From assembly GCA_040081625.1 (NCBI GenBank), contig JBEBGD010000045.1, positions 1 to 39,468 on the forward strand: a stretch of 39,468 bases of DNA, given 5' to 3'. The stretch comes from Chthoniobacteraceae bacterium. Lineage in GTDB: Bacteria > Verrucomicrobiota > Verrucomicrobiia > Chthoniobacterales > Chthoniobacteraceae. The position numbers and the translations under genes were made by a program. The notes under the pieces are model-generated. The model saw only the letters and a program-made list of their open reading frames with translations. It did not search any database and had not been told where the DNA came from. Positions 10,642 through 21,146 of this stretch are shown here, piece after piece (the first letter of the stretch is position 1; every line of letters begins with the position of its first letter).

Positions 10642-11883
10642 ATGATTCAATCCAAGACAACGCTTCACGCTCTCGCGCTGGCGGTCGCCGCCGTGTGTGG
10701 CAGCCCGCTTCATGCCGGGCATGAGATCACCGACAACGGCAAAAAGCAGATCATCGAAGAGCCCGAGAAACAGCTCTCCGGATCGGTCAGCGCCGGCTAC
10801 AGCAGCAAATATATCTTCCGCGGCACGAACTTGATGCCGAGCGCCGACGGAATGGTTCACGCCGACATGCACGTAAGCTACGGCGGATTCACCATCGGCG
10901 CGTGGATCGGCACACAGCAGGGCTCGGCCTCCGTCCCCGGCGCGTTGGCCATCGGCGAAGGCGGCGGCGGCGGTTCCGTCAATCTGGACGTTGCCCGCGG
11001 CGCCGGCCTCGGCGCGCTCGGCAGCCAGTCCGTCACCGGCGACGACCTGGCCAGTTTCATCGGGACTAATTTCGGCCTGCGCCCGGACGAAGTCGTCGCG
11101 GCCTTCCAGCAGATCCTCGGCGTCCAGATTCCGAAGCAGATCACCAGGATCAAGCAGTCGAGCGAAGCCTACCAGAACCGATTCAACGAGATCGATCTTT
11201 ACGCACAGTTCTCGTTCTCCGTCGGACCAGTGGACGTGACGCTGGGCAATATCTTCTTCTACATCGATCGCGATTCGGAGACCCGCATCGCCTCGCGTGA
11301 ATACTTCGCCAGCGAGGACGCGCGTGACTTGATCACCGCGCTCGCGGGCAATCCCGGGCTGCTCCCGGGCAGCACGCGTCCCGGCCACCCCGAGGACTTC
11401 CTGCTCAACAACGGTCGCAAGGTCGGCCGGACCTTTGAGGGCATCGGCGACGAGCGCTTCGACCGAATCTTCGTCTCGATGAGCACGAGTGCCATCCCCT
11501 ACATCGTGCCGCGCGTGACCTACTACCACACGATCTACAGCGAAGGCCAGAACCCGGGCGCCGAACTGGGAGTCTTCCGCAACGACCGCAAGGGCGGCTA
11601 CCTAGAGGCCAAGGTCAACTCCGAGATCCCGATCATCAAGGACCGGGTCAACCTCGACCCTTACGCGCTCGTCGCCTACAGCGCCGGCGACCGCAGCGAC
11701 AAGAACGGCAACTCGCTCGACGCGTGGAATCACTTCCAGGTCGGTGTGGAGCTGGTGATCCAGATCACGGACAGCTTCCGCATCGTCCCGCAATTTAACT
11801 ACATGGCCCACATCGCCGACCCGCCGCTCGGCACGAACGAGGACGACTGGTGGGGTGGTGCTAAGGCTGAGGTGATTTTCTAA
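10642..11883 (+). CDS. Putative outer-membrane beta-barrel protein
   Basis: Signal peptide, [18 protein letters not shown], alternating beta-strand pattern and C-terminal Phe (AKAEVIF). Confidence 0.7.
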   Translation: MIQSKTTLHALALAVAAVCGSPLHAGHEITDNGKKQIIEEPEKQLSGSVSAGYSSKYIFRGTNLMPSADGMVHADMHVSYGGFTIGAWIGTQQGSASVPGALAIGEGGGGGSVNLDVARGAGLGALGSQSVTGDDLASFIGTNFGLRPDEVVAAFQQILGVQIPKQITRIKQSSEAYQNRFNEIDLYAQFSFSVGPVDVTLGNIFFYIDRDSETRIASREYFASEDARDLITALAGNPGLLPGSTRPGHPEDFLLNNGRKVGRTFEGIGDERFDRIFVSMSTSAIPYIVPRVTYYHTIYSEGQNPGAELGVFRNDRKGGYLEAKVNSEIPIIKDRVNLDPYALVAYSAGDRSDKNGNSLDAWNHFQVGVELVIQITDSFRIVPQFNYMAHIADPPLGTNEDDWWGGAKAEVIF

Positions 11884-11908
11884 ATCCCGCGGCAGCATCC
11901 GTTTTGCG

Positions 11909-11950
11909 CGAACCCTCCCGGCGTCATCGCCGGGAGGGTTCGTTGCTTTT
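11909..11950 (+). terminator. Rho-independent terminator
   Basis: Perfect 15-bp stem CGAACCCTCCCGGCG/CGCCGGGAGGGTTCG with a TCAT loop, followed by TTGCTTTT. Confidence 0.8.
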
Positions 11951-11977
11951 CACCCGCTGCCGACGTTAGCTCCGGCC

Positions 11978-12340
11978 ATGAGTTCCAAACTGAGCGATGG
12001 GCTCGACAAAGCCGGCATCGCCAAGGCTGAGCGCCATCTCCTTCTCTGCATCGGCCCGGATTGCTGCGACTCGCGTGAGGGCGGGATGCTGTGGGAGGTC
12101 GTAAAAATGCGCGTCAAGGAAACCGGGCTGCGCGTCATGCGCACCAAGGCCGGGTGTTTCCGCATTTGCACCGGTGGCCCGTGGCTGGTCGTCTATCCCG
12201 AGGGAGTGTGGTATGGCGGCATCACGCCCGCGCGCTTCGAGCGCATCCTTCAGGAGCACCTGCTGGGTGGAAATCCCGTGCGTGAGTGGGTCGTCGCAGA
12301 AAACGATCTGCGCCCGCGGGGTCCTGACGCCGGGGCTTGA
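11978..12340 (+). CDS. Thioredoxin-like (2Fe-2S) ferredoxin
   Basis: [34 protein letters not shown]. Confidence 0.88.
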   Translation: MSSKLSDGLDKAGIAKAERHLLLCIGPDCCDSREGGMLWEVVKMRVKETGLRVMRTKAGCFRICTGGPWLVVYPEGVWYGGITPARFERILQEHLLGGNPVREWVVAENDLRPRGPDAGA

Positions 12341-12341
12341 G

Positions 12342-13112
12342 CTAGTTCGCGAGCGCTTCGCGCAGCGCTTCGAGGCGGCCCGCGACCTCCGCCGGCGCGA
12401 GATACGTCGTGCGCACCGCCCACCATACCGTCGCCATCCCGCGCGGCGCCATGAGGCGTTCGACCAGTCGAGCCGTGATCTCCGGCCGCGCATACGCCGC
12501 GACAAACGTCGTCGCCAGCTCCAGCCAGCGGTCGCGCGGGAGCCGGCCGAGCGTGTCCTGGAGGAAGACAAGCACATCGTCGGCGTGGCGCGCGTCCGCC
12601 GGAATCGCGCCGAGGTGCCGCACCTCGAAATCGAGCAGCCGCGCCCGCCTGGCCGTCTCGTCGAAGATCACGTTGCCCGAATGCGGATCGCCGTGCGACC
12701 AGCCTCCGCCGAACTGCGCGCACTCGATCGCGTGCGCGCGCCTCAGCTCCCGCGCTGCTGCCATGAACATCTGCCCGGTCGCCGTCCCCTCATCGAGATG
12801 CGCCGAGATGCTGCGCCCCGGCAGTTCATCGGTCCACAAGGTCCCGTTCGCGCCGCTCCACGCGCGGAACTCCGCGCCGTGTAGCGCCCGCATCGATGCG
12901 ATCTCCCACCCATGCCATGACCGCGGCTCGGTGAGGATCGTCACCGGATTGTTGGCGATTCGGAAAAAACCATTCGCCATCGCGATCACCAGCGGCGCCG
13001 AGCGGCGCCGCCGCTTGCTCCACACGGCGCGGCCATCGGTTTGATGGCGGTGCAATGTGTTGATCTTGATCCGGTCCACAAAGCGTCCGGCGGCGGCGAG
13101 GAATCGACTCAT
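12342..13112 (-). CDS. Kinase-like (APH/phosphotransferase fold) hypothetical protein
   Basis: HGDPHSGNV catalytic-loop motif and LLDFE metal-binding motif. Start taken at ATG 13112. Confidence 0.6.
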   Translation of the reverse strand: MSRFLAAAGRFVDRIKINTLHRHQTDGRAVWSKRRRRSAPLVIAMANGFFRIANNPVTILTEPRSWHGWEIASMRALHGAEFRAWSGANGTLWTDELPGRSISAHLDEGTATGQMFMAAARELRRAHAIECAQFGGGWSHGDPHSGNVIFDETARRARLLDFEVRHLGAIPADARHADDVLVFLQDTLGRLPRDRWLELATTFVAAYARPEITARLVERLMAPRGMATVWWAVRTTYLAPAEVAGRLEALREALAN

Positions 13113-13120
13113 CCGCGCGC

Positions 13121-13148
13121 AGTGTAGGCGCCTCGCGACGATTGCCAA
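13121..13148 (-). promoter_or_regulatory. Putative sigma70-type promoter
   Basis: TTGGCA-N16-TACACT, 8 nt upstream of ATG 13112. Confidence 0.45.
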
Positions 13149-13159
13149 GTGCGCGCCGC

Positions 13160-13858
13160 TCAACGCAGGCGATGGCGGCCGTCGGCCTCGAAGCCCACGG
13201 CCGGCACGCGCTTCTTCTTTTCAAAGCCCGCGTAGATCGGCGCCAGCTCCGCCCAAAACGCAGCGTGCTCCGGGTGCGCCGCGCGCAGCGTCTCCCACGC
13301 GGGACCAACCATGCGCGCGGGAAAAATGTGGACGGCGATCGGCTTCACGCGCGTGTCCAGCGCGAGCAGATACAGCTCCTCGATCGCATCGTCGCCGAGC
13401 GCGAGGCAGCCGATGCTCACCGCCCTGCCATGGATGTAGATATCGCCGCCGGGCTTCTGCGGATCGGATCGCACGCGATCCGAGGCGTTCGGATAATCGA
13501 GCCCGAGCGAGAGGTGAAACTTGCTGAGCGGATTGAAGACTGCGACGCGGTAGCAGCCCTCGGGCACCTGCCGGTCGCCCTCGCGCCGCTTCGGACCCGG
13601 CTCGCCGGATGCCGCGAGCACGGGCCACGTCGCGATCAATCGCAACGCGCCTTCGCCGCCCCACACCTCGATCTCGCGCTCCGCCTTGAATGCGCGCAGA
13701 AACAATTCGCGCGGCGGATACTTCACGCCGGCATCGATGCAGCGCTGCCGCACCGCGGCACCGTGTCGCTGGCGCGCGGGTGCGACGCGGTCTTCGGCAG
13801 CGGGAGCGGAGTCGTGGGCAGACATGATGATGAGCAGCGCGATCAAGTGCGGTCGCAT
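13160..13858 (-). CDS. L,D-transpeptidase family (YkuD) protein, YafK/DpaA-like
   Basis: GPKRREGDRQVPEG, FHLSLGLDYPN, IYIHGRAVSIGC (catalytic His and Cys). N-terminal signal. Confidence 0.88.
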   Translation of the reverse strand: MRPHLIALLIIMSAHDSAPAAEDRVAPARQRHGAAVRQRCIDAGVKYPPRELFLRAFKAEREIEVWGGEGALRLIATWPVLAASGEPGPKRREGDRQVPEGCYRVAVFNPLSKFHLSLGLDYPNASDRVRSDPQKPGGDIYIHGRAVSIGCLALGDDAIEELYLLALDTRVKPIAVHIFPARMVGPAWETLRAAHPEHAAFWAELAPIYAGFEKKKRVPAVGFEADGRHRLR

Positions 13859-13908
13859 CGCCGCGAAGTTGATTGCCTACGTCCGCGCGCGCCAGCGATA
13901 AGGCGACC

Positions 13909-15096
13909 ATGCAATATCGCCGCTTCGGCCGCACCGATCTCCAGATGCCCGTCTTCTCCTGTGGCGGGATGCGCTACCAGCAGTCGTGGGACGACATCGC
14001 GCCCGAGGCCGTGGAGGACGCCGGGCAGCGCAATCTCGAGGCGACAATCCTTCGCGCGCTCGAGCTCGGCATCAACCACGTCGAGACCGCGCGCGGATAC
14101 GGTTCGAGCGAGATGCAGCTCGGCTGGCTGCTGCCCAAGCTTTCGCGTGAGAAGTTGATCGTGCAGACGAAGATCGCGCCCTTCGCCACCGCGCGGGAGT
14201 TTCGCGAGACGTTCGACAAGTCGATGAAGCTGCTGAAGCTCGACCACGTGGACCTGCTCTCGCTGCACGGCATCAACAACGCCGAACTGCTCGACTGGTC
14301 GCTGAGCAAGGGCGGCTGCCTCGACGAAGCGCGTCGGCTCCAGCGCGACGGACGCTGCCGTCACATCGGCTTCAGCACGCACGCCACGACCGACGTCATC
14401 GTGCGCGCGATCGAGAGCGACGCCTTCGACTACGTGAACATCCATTGGTATTTCGTGAACGACTTCAACTGGCCCGCGATCGAAGCCGCCGCCGCGCGCG
14501 ACATGGGCGTCTTCATCATCAGCCCGAGTGACAAGGGCGGAAAGCTCTACGCGCCGCCGCCGAAGTTGCGCGAGCTGTGCGCGCCGCTGTCGCCGATCCA
14601 GTTCAACGATCTCTACTGCCTCGCGCGGCCGCAGGTCCACACGCTGAGTGTCGGCGCCGCGCGTCCGGAGGATTTCGACGAGCACGTCGCCGCGCTCGCG
14701 CACTACGACCGGGCGGCGGAGATCGCCGCGCCCATCGCCGATCGCCTGCGCGCCGAGACCGCGCGCGTGCTCGGCGAGGACTGGCTCGCGCGCGGCCTGC
14801 GCGACCTGCCGAATTACGTCGATGTGCCCGGCGAGATGAACCTCTCGGAAATCCTGCGCCTGTGGACCTACGCGCGCGGGCTCGATCTCGTGGACTGGGG
14901 GAAGATGCGTTACAACCTGCTCAACGGCGCCGGTGGCCACTGGTTTCCCGGCACGACTGCCGCGCAGTTCGACGAACGCGCCATCGTGAGCGCCCTCGGG
15001 GCGCATCCCTTTGCGGAAAAGATCCCCGGCTTCCTGCGCGAAGCGCACGCGCTGCTGGGCGATGCGCCGAAGAAGCGCCTGAGCGAGGGCGGGTAG
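13909..15096 (+). CDS. Aldo/keto reductase
   Basis: MQYRRFGRT, GINHVETARGYGSSE, QTK, HIGFSTH. Confidence 0.9.
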   Translation: MQYRRFGRTDLQMPVFSCGGMRYQQSWDDIAPEAVEDAGQRNLEATILRALELGINHVETARGYGSSEMQLGWLLPKLSREKLIVQTKIAPFATAREFRETFDKSMKLLKLDHVDLLSLHGINNAELLDWSLSKGGCLDEARRLQRDGRCRHIGFSTHATTDVIVRAIESDAFDYVNIHWYFVNDFNWPAIEAAAARDMGVFIISPSDKGGKLYAPPPKLRELCAPLSPIQFNDLYCLARPQVHTLSVGAARPEDFDEHVAALAHYDRAAEIAAPIADRLRAETARVLGEDWLARGLRDLPNYVDVPGEMNLSEILRLWTYARGLDLVDWGKMRYNLLNGAGGHWFPGTTAAQFDERAIVSALGAHPFAEKIPGFLREAHALLGDAPKKRLSEGG

Positions 15097-15098
15097 AG

Positions 15099-15170
15099 TG
15101 CCAAGGGGGAGGATCGAACTCCCGACCTAGGGCTTATGAGTCCCCCGCTCTACCACTGAGCTACCCTGGC
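15099..15170 (-). tRNA. tRNA with CAU anticodon (elongator Met or Ile2); CCA not encoded
   Basis: GCCAGGGTAGCTCAGTGGTAGAGCGGGGGACTCATAAGCCCTAGGTCGGGAGTTCGATCCTCCCCCTTGGCA folds as a cloverleaf. The G1-C72 pair argues against an initiator tRNA. Confidence 0.92.
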
Positions 15171-15185
15171 GTTTCGTGGGCGCGG

Positions 15186-15213
15186 AAAATAGTGAGCCGC
15201 TCCCGGCGCGCAA
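15186..15213 (-). promoter_or_regulatory. Putative tRNA promoter
   Basis: TTGCGC-N16-TATTTT followed by a GC-rich discriminator-like CCGCGCCC. Confidence 0.5.
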
Positions 15214-15240
15214 GCGGGGAAAGTGGGACCGGGGCGGCCG

Positions 15241-15480
15241 CTAGAATCCGCCGGAGTTGCGCTGCTTCGCCTGGTCGAGGACCCCGCGCGTGCGGTCGAT
15301 CGGCGCGCGCAGGCCGGTGGTGGCCGGCGCGGGAGGGGCGGGTGGCGCCGCCTGCGGGCGCGGCGTGGCGACTACCGCGTCGGCTTCCTTCATCGCTTCG
15401 GTGGCAAAGCCGGATCGACTCTGGCGCGAGACGAGGAGATAGATGATCGCGAGGACAGCAAGCAGACCGACGAATTTCAT
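15241..15480 (-). CDS. Small hypothetical membrane-anchored or secreted protein (79 aa)
   Basis: [20 protein letters not shown] hydrophobic start, Pro/Ala linker, C-terminal LRAPIDRTRGVLDQAKQRN. Confidence 0.6.
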   Translation of the reverse strand: MKFVGLLAVLAIIYLLVSRQSRSGFATEAMKEADAVVATPRPQAAPPAPPAPATTGLRAPIDRTRGVLDQAKQRNSGGF

Positions 15481-16624
15481 GCCCGAACCAAAAAGCACGC
15501 GACGCACCAAACGGCGCACCGATCTCAAGGTCGCGCTCATCCACTACACCTCGGCGCCTGTGATTGGCGGGGTCGAGGCGGTCGTGTCGGCGCACGCGCT
15601 TTTGTCGTCCGGGATGAGACATGATTCGCGCGTCATCGCGCGGCGGGGGAATGCCGACGTGATCCTCACCCAGCGCGATCCACTCGATGAACTGCGCGCG
15701 GCGGTGCGTGGTTTCGATGCGGTGATCGTCCACAACGTCCTCACCATGCCCTTCGACCTTCCGCTGACGAATGCGCTGTGGCGACTGGCGGAGGAAATGC
15801 CGGACACGCGCTGGATCGCGTGGGTTCACGACATCGCGGCGTGCAACCCGGACTACGATCACCCGTGGCACAAGCCGCCGTGGAAGCGCCTCGCACGAGC
15901 GTCGCCGCACTTCACTTACGTGGCGGTGAGCGAGCATCGCGCGCGGCAGTTTGCGGCGCTCACCGGCGTCGAGGCGCGGGTGATTCCCAACGGCGTCAGC
16001 CCGAGGTCCGTGCTTGGCGTGGAAGCTGACGTCTTTCAGTTCGCCGAGACGCACGCGCTGTTCGCGCGCGACATCGTGCTCATCCAGCCGACCCGGCTTC
16101 TGCGGCGGAAGAATGTGGAACTGGGACTCGAAGTCGTCGCTGAGTTGCGGCGGCGCGGGAGGGATGCGGTGACGCTGATCACTGCGGCGGCCGATCCGCA
16201 CAACGCGAAGAGCAACGCATACGCGAAGCAGATGCGCGTGCGCCGGGACAAGCTGGGCTTGAAGACCGCCGCGCTATTTGTTGGCGATTCCCTGGCGGTC
16301 CGCGGCGACATGATTGCGTCGCTCTACGCGATTTCGGATGCGCTCTTTTACCCCAGCCGCCACGAGGGCTTCGGCCTGCCGGTGATCGAGGCCGCGCTGC
16401 ACCGGCTGCCGATTTTCTGCACCGACATTGAGCCGATCAAGTCGCTGCTCGATCGCGGGGTCCATGCCTTTGCCCCCGATGCGTCGCCGGCGGACGTCGC
16501 CACGCTCATCGAGCGGACGCTGGATCGTTCCGCGCCGCACCGCGCGCGGTGGGAGGCGCTGCGGCGCTACTCGTGGGAGTCGATCTGGCGGGAGCACATC
16601 GCGCCGCTATTGTCCGGGAGATGA
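15479..16624 (+). CDS. Glycosyltransferase family 4
   Basis: [41 protein letters not shown]. Confidence 0.88.
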   Translation: MPEPKSTRRTKRRTDLKVALIHYTSAPVIGGVEAVVSAHALLSSGMRHDSRVIARRGNADVILTQRDPLDELRAAVRGFDAVIVHNVLTMPFDLPLTNALWRLAEEMPDTRWIAWVHDIAACNPDYDHPWHKPPWKRLARASPHFTYVAVSEHRARQFAALTGVEARVIPNGVSPRSVLGVEADVFQFAETHALFARDIVLIQPTRLLRRKNVELGLEVVAELRRRGRDAVTLITAAADPHNAKSNAYAKQMRVRRDKLGLKTAALFVGDSLAVRGDMIASLYAISDALFYPSRHEGFGLPVIEAALHRLPIFCTDIEPIKSLLDRGVHAFAPDASPADVATLIERTLDRSAPHRARWEALRRYSWESIWREHIAPLLSGR

Positions 16625-16673
16625 GCGCTTGGCGCTTGGCGATGCCGCGTCGATAGGGTTGCATCCCTTTCAC

Positions 16674-18884
16674 ATGAAGCTTTCGAACGCGTGCCAGACG
16701 ATCGACGACAGTGCCCTGCAGGCGATTATCGAGGCCCGGCATGGCGATCCATTCGCGGTGCTCGGGATGCACAAGGCTGGAGATCTACTTGTCGTGCGAG
16801 TCTTTCGACCGGATGCGCGCGCGGTGACGGTGTGCAGCCTCGACAATCCGAAGCTCTCGTGGCCGGCAGGAGCGGTGAATCGCGACGGTTTTTTCGAGGC
16901 GGCGATCGACGATGCGAGCGAGCGCTTTCGCTACACACTCGAGTTCATCGGGCACGATGGTCGCGCGTGGACACAGCGCGATCCGTATTCGTTCGGCACG
17001 ATCCTCGGGCCGCTCGACCTGCACCTTTTTGCGGAAGGCCAGCACTGGGATCTCTGGAAGAGGCTCGGCGCGCACCTCGCGACGATCGACGGCGCGCAGG
17101 GCACGGCTTTCCACGTGTGGGCGCCGAACGCGCAGCGCGTGTCGGTGGTCGGCGATTTTAACGGCTGGGACGGACGCACGAACCCGATGCGCAAGCTGCT
17201 CGGCTGCGGCGTGTGGGAGATCTTCATCCCGGAGGTCGCCGAGGGCGCGCATTACAAGTTCGAACTGCGCGACTGCCACGGCGCGGTGCGCGTGAAGAGC
17301 GACCCGTTTGCATTCTTCGGCCAGCACGGCACGGCGACGGCGTCGCTCGTGTTCGATCTCGATCGCTACACTTGGAGCGACGACGCATGGATCGCGCGGC
17401 GCGCGAGGCAGGAATGGAATCGCTCGCCGGTGAGCATCTACGAAGTCCACCTCGGCTCGTGGCAGCGAAAGGCGGACGAGGGCGACCGCTTTCTCAGCTA
17501 CCGCGAGCTCGCGGACACGCTGCTGCCTTACGTGATCGAGATGGGCTACACGCACGTCGAACTGCTGCCGGTCTCGGAGCATCCGTTCGAGGGCTCGTGG
17601 GGCTACCAGGTCACCGGTTACTTTGCGCCGACGTCGCGCTTTGGAAATCCGGACGAGTTCCGCTATCTCGTCGATCGCTTTCACCAAGCCGGCATCGGAA
17701 TCATCCTCGACTGGGTGCCGGGACATTTCCCGAAGGACGAGTTTGGGCTCGCGAAGTTCGACGGCACCGCGCTCTACGAGCACGCCGACCCGCGGCAGGG
17801 CGAGCATCAGGATTGGGGCACGCTCATCCCGAACTTCGGTCGCAACGAGGTGCGCAACTTTTTCATCGCCAACGCGCTCTTCTGGCTCGCCGAGTATCAC
17901 ATCGACGGGCTGCGCGTGGATGCGGTCGCGTCGATGCTCTACCTCGACTACTCGCGCCAGCCCGGCGAATGGGTGCCCAACCCGCATGGCGGACGCGAAA
18001 ACCTCGACGCGATCTATTTCCTCAAGCGGTTCAACGAAGTCTGCTACGAGCGCCATCCGGGGATCATGACCATCGCCGAGGAATCGACCGCGTGGCCCGG
18101 CGTATCGCGGCCGACCTACCTCGGCGGACTCGGCTTCGGCTTCAAATGGAACATGGGGTGGATGCACGACTTCCTCGAATACATGCAGAAGGATCCGCTC
18201 TACCGGCGCTACCACCAGGGCACGGTCACCTTCTCATTGCTCTACGCGTTTCAAGAGCACTTCATGCTCGTGCTCAGCCACGATGAAGTCGTCCACGGCA
18301 AGGGCTCGATGCTCAACAAGATGCCCGGCGATGTGTGGCAGAAATTCGCGAACTTGCGGATGTTTTACGCGTGGATGTTCGCGCATCCCGGCAAGAAGCT
18401 GCTGTTCATGGGCGGCGAGTTCGGGCAGTGGCGCGAGTGGGATCACGACACGTCGCTCGACTGGCACCTGTGCGGCTATCCCGAGCACGACGGCCTCAAG
18501 CGGCTCGTGCAGCACCTCAACTGGCTCTACAAAAACGAACCCGCGCTCTGGGACCTCGACGACAGCTACGACGGCTTCGAGTGGATCGATTTCTACGACA
18601 GCGACAACTCGGTCGTCGCCTTCATGCGCAAGTCGCGCGGCGGCGATGCGATCGTCTTCGTCGTCAATGCCACACCCGTGCCGCGCGAAGGCTACCGCAT
18701 CGGCGTGCCGCACGCCGGCTTCTACGAGGAGGTGCTCAATACCGACTCGAGCACCTACGGCGGCGCGAACTTCGGCAACTTCGGCGGCATGCACGCCGAG
18801 GCGGTCGCGTGGCAGGGGAGGGAACACTCGCTCATGCTGCGCCTGCCGCCGCTGGCGACGGTGGGGTTCAAGTGGAAGCGCTGA
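16674..18884 (+). CDS. glgB: 1,4-alpha-glucan branching enzyme
   Basis: [50 protein letters not shown]. Confidence 0.97.
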   Translation: MKLSNACQTIDDSALQAIIEARHGDPFAVLGMHKAGDLLVVRVFRPDARAVTVCSLDNPKLSWPAGAVNRDGFFEAAIDDASERFRYTLEFIGHDGRAWTQRDPYSFGTILGPLDLHLFAEGQHWDLWKRLGAHLATIDGAQGTAFHVWAPNAQRVSVVGDFNGWDGRTNPMRKLLGCGVWEIFIPEVAEGAHYKFELRDCHGAVRVKSDPFAFFGQHGTATASLVFDLDRYTWSDDAWIARRARQEWNRSPVSIYEVHLGSWQRKADEGDRFLSYRELADTLLPYVIEMGYTHVELLPVSEHPFEGSWGYQVTGYFAPTSRFGNPDEFRYLVDRFHQAGIGIILDWVPGHFPKDEFGLAKFDGTALYEHADPRQGEHQDWGTLIPNFGRNEVRNFFIANALFWLAEYHIDGLRVDAVASMLYLDYSRQPGEWVPNPHGGRENLDAIYFLKRFNEVCYERHPGIMTIAEESTAWPGVSRPTYLGGLGFGFKWNMGWMHDFLEYMQKDPLYRRYHQGTVTFSLLYAFQEHFMLVLSHDEVVHGKGSMLNKMPGDVWQKFANLRMFYAWMFAHPGKKLLFMGGEFGQWREWDHDTSLDWHLCGYPEHDGLKRLVQHLNWLYKNEPALWDLDDSYDGFEWIDFYDSDNSVVAFMRKSRGGDAIVFVVNATPVPREGYRIGVPHAGFYEEVLNTDSSTYGGANFGNFGGMHAEAVAWQGREHSLMLRLPPLATVGFKWKR

Positions 18885-19009
18885 TTTGTTCCCGTCGTGT
18901 TACCGCGGCCTTCCGGCCTGGAAATTTATCGCGGCATCCTCGACAAAGGCATTGCGCTCCGATGCACGGCGCTGTTTTCTGCGTCTCAAATCCCTCGCAA
19001 AATACCCTC

Positions 19010-19699
19010 ATGAAAACCATTCGCTCCAAAGCATTCACCCTCGTCGAACTGCTCGTCGTGATCGCCATCATCGCGATCCTCGCGAGTCTCGCCATCCCGG
19101 CGATGACCGGCGCGCTCACCAAAGGCCAGCTCACGCAAACCTTGAGCAACGCCCGTCAATTGCACATCGCCACCTTCAATATGGCGACCGACTTCACCAC
19201 CACCGGCGACCCGCACTTTGGCTGGCCGGGAGATCTCACTGAGCGGAGCGGGGGCGGCACTGGCGATGGCGGCGCCGACAGCCCGCGTATCGCCAGCGTG
19301 CGCGAATTCATCATGCGCCTGGTCGATTACGATTACATGAAGCTGGTGGACATGCCGAAGATCCTCGCGGCGCCGGGTATCGAACCGTGGAACGTCAGCC
19401 AGCAGTTCAACGCCGACAAGAATTGCCCGTTCAAGATCTACAAAGTCAAAGACAACGATGGCTCCGCGAACATCTTCCTCGCCACGCGCAACTTCACCTA
19501 TGCGAAAGGCCTCGAGGCGGAGAAGGCGCCCTATGGTGAGAAAGGCTTCGTAGTCTTCCGCAAGGGCGGCGACGGCTCGGTCTTCACCAGTAAGAAGCAG
19601 GCGATCTCCAATCTGAACGCCCTCGGCCTGCTGCCGGGCCGCAAGGATTTCCAGAGCGACACGACCGAGACCTCGGGCGACTACCTCTCGATCGAATAG
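19010..19699 (+). CDS. Prepilin-type N-terminal cleavage/methylation domain protein
   Basis: MKTIRSKA|FTLVELLVVIAIIAILASLAIP. Confidence 0.88.
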   Translation: MKTIRSKAFTLVELLVVIAIIAILASLAIPAMTGALTKGQLTQTLSNARQLHIATFNMATDFTTTGDPHFGWPGDLTERSGGGTGDGGADSPRIASVREFIMRLVDYDYMKLVDMPKILAAPGIEPWNVSQQFNADKNCPFKIYKVKDNDGSANIFLATRNFTYAKGLEAEKAPYGEKGFVVFRKGGDGSVFTSKKQAISNLNALGLLPGRKDFQSDTTETSGDYLSIE

Positions 19700-19730
19700 C
19701 GTAGCGCCGCGCGACTGGGCGCAAGTTTTC

Positions 19731-19768
19731 AAAGCGCCTCCCGGTTCTCCGGGAGGCGTTTTTGTTTT
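19731..19768. terminator. Probably bidirectional rho-independent terminator
   Basis: AAAGCGCCTCCCGG-TTCT-CCGGGAGGCGTTTTTGTTTT between the convergent pilin-like and hpf genes. Confidence 0.85.
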
Positions 19769-19779
19769 GCCGTCGCGGG

Positions 19780-20358
19780 TTACGCGAAGACCGGGTCGAT
19801 CAACCCGAGTCCGCCGTCCTTGCGGCGGTAGAGGATGTTCACCTGCTCGCTCTTCGCGTTGAGGAAGACGACGAACTGCCGGTTCGACATCTCGATCTGC
19901 AGCGCCGCTTCATCGACGAACATCGGCTTCACCGGGTAGCGCTCGGTCTTGATCACCTGCGGCTCGGACTCCTCGGTCTGCTCGAAGGCGGCGTCGAGGT
20001 GCAGCACCTTCTCCTCAAGGTGCCGGATGTCCTGCCCGCGCGGGCGGTGGCAGCGCAGCAGCTTGGTTTTGAATTTGCGCATCTGCCGCACGACCTTCGC
20101 GGTCACGCCGTCGATCGCCGCATACATGTCGTCGCACTCGTGGCTCGCCTCGATCGTGATGTGGTTCGAGCAGTGGAGGATGATCTCCGCGAAGTGCCGG
20201 TGCTTCTCCACATCGAGAATCACGTGCGCCTCGATGATGCGCGGGTAATCGAGGTGGATGTGCTCGAGCCGCGATTGCGCGTAGGATTTGATCGCATCGG
20301 TGATGCTGACATGACGGCCGGTGACCTGGATGGGGACGTTGATGTTCGTGGTTTGCAT
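19780..20358 (-). CDS. hpf: Ribosome hibernation promoting factor (long HPF)
   Basis: IQVTGRHVSIT, DMYAAID, C-terminal KPMFVDEAALQ...NILYRRKDG. Confidence 0.93.
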   Translation of the reverse strand: MQTTNINVPIQVTGRHVSITDAIKSYAQSRLEHIHLDYPRIIEAHVILDVEKHRHFAEIILHCSNHITIEASHECDDMYAAIDGVTAKVVRQMRKFKTKLLRCHRPRGQDIRHLEEKVLHLDAAFEQTEESEPQVIKTERYPVKPMFVDEAALQIEMSNRQFVVFLNAKSEQVNILYRRKDGGLGLIDPVFA

Positions 20359-20363
20359 GAGAG

Positions 20364-21146
20364 TTACATTTGGAAGCTCTCGCCGAGATAGACGCGGCGG
20401 GCGGTGGGATCGGTCAGGAGAAAGTCTTTCGTGCCCTGCGTGACCACCTGGCCCTCGAAGATGAGGTAGGCGCGATCGACGATCGAGAGTGTCTCGCGCA
20501 CGTTGTGGTCGGTGATGAGGATTGCGAGCCCCTGGTCGCGCAGGTTCGCGATGATCTGCTGCACGTCATTGACGGCGATCGGGTCCACGCCGCTGAACGG
20601 CTCATCGAGCATCAGCAGGCTCGGGTTGGTGACCAGCGAGCGCGCGATCGTGAGGCGCCGCTTCTCGCCGCCGGAGAGCGTGAGCGCGAGTTGCTTCGCC
20701 ACGTGCTCGATGCCGAACTGCGTGAGCAGTTCCTCGCAGCGCGCCTTGCGTTCCTTGCGGCCGAGCTTCGTCGTCTCGAGGATCGCCATCAGGTTCTCCT
20801 CCACGGTGAGCTTGCGGAAGATCGACTCCTCCTGCGGCAGGTAGCCCATGCCCATCCGCGCGCGCTTATACATCGCGAGGTCGGTCACGTCCTCGTCGTC
20901 GAAAAAGACACGTCCGCCATTCGGCTGCACGAGGCCCACGATCATGTAAAAGCTTGTCGTCTTGCCCGCGCCATTCGGCCCGAGCAGGCCGACGATCTCG
21001 CCGCGCTTGCAGTTGATATCGACGCCGTTCACGACCGCCCGTCCGCCGTAGATTTTTACCAGCTTGTCAGTGCGCACGAGCGGCTTCTCGTCGCTCTTGC
21101 GGGAAGCCGGCGTGGGGAGGGGTTCGGTTTGAAGCACGGTCTTCAA
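20364..21146 (-). CDS. lptB: LPS export ABC transporter ATPase
   Basis: GPNGAGKTT, YLPQEESIFRKL, LSGGEKRR, DEPFSGVDP, ITDHNVRETL. Start is uncertain; TTG 21146 overlaps the lptA stop. Confidence 0.95.
   Translation of the reverse strand: MKTVLQTEPLPTPASRKSDEKPLVRTDKLVKIYGGRAVVNGVDINCKRGEIVGLLGPNGAGKTTSFYMIVGLVQPNGGRVFFDDEDVTDLAMYKRARMGMGYLPQEESIFRKLTVEENLMAILETTKLGRKERKARCEELLTQFGIEHVAKQLALTLSGGEKRRLTIARSLVTNPSLLMLDEPFSGVDPIAVNDVQQIIANLRDQGLAILITDHNVRETLSIVDRAYLIFEGQVVTQGTKDFLLTDPTARRVYLGESFQM

Noticed and set aside
15099..15480. tRNA as a possible integration site
   Set aside because: No integrase, duplicated tRNA 3' end or compositional shift next to it.
19010..19699. Lone pilin-like gene with Ala instead of Gly before the cleavage site
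   Set aside because: Dispersed A|FTLxE prepilin-like genes are common in Verrucomicrobiota and Planctomycetota, so it is not unusual by itself.
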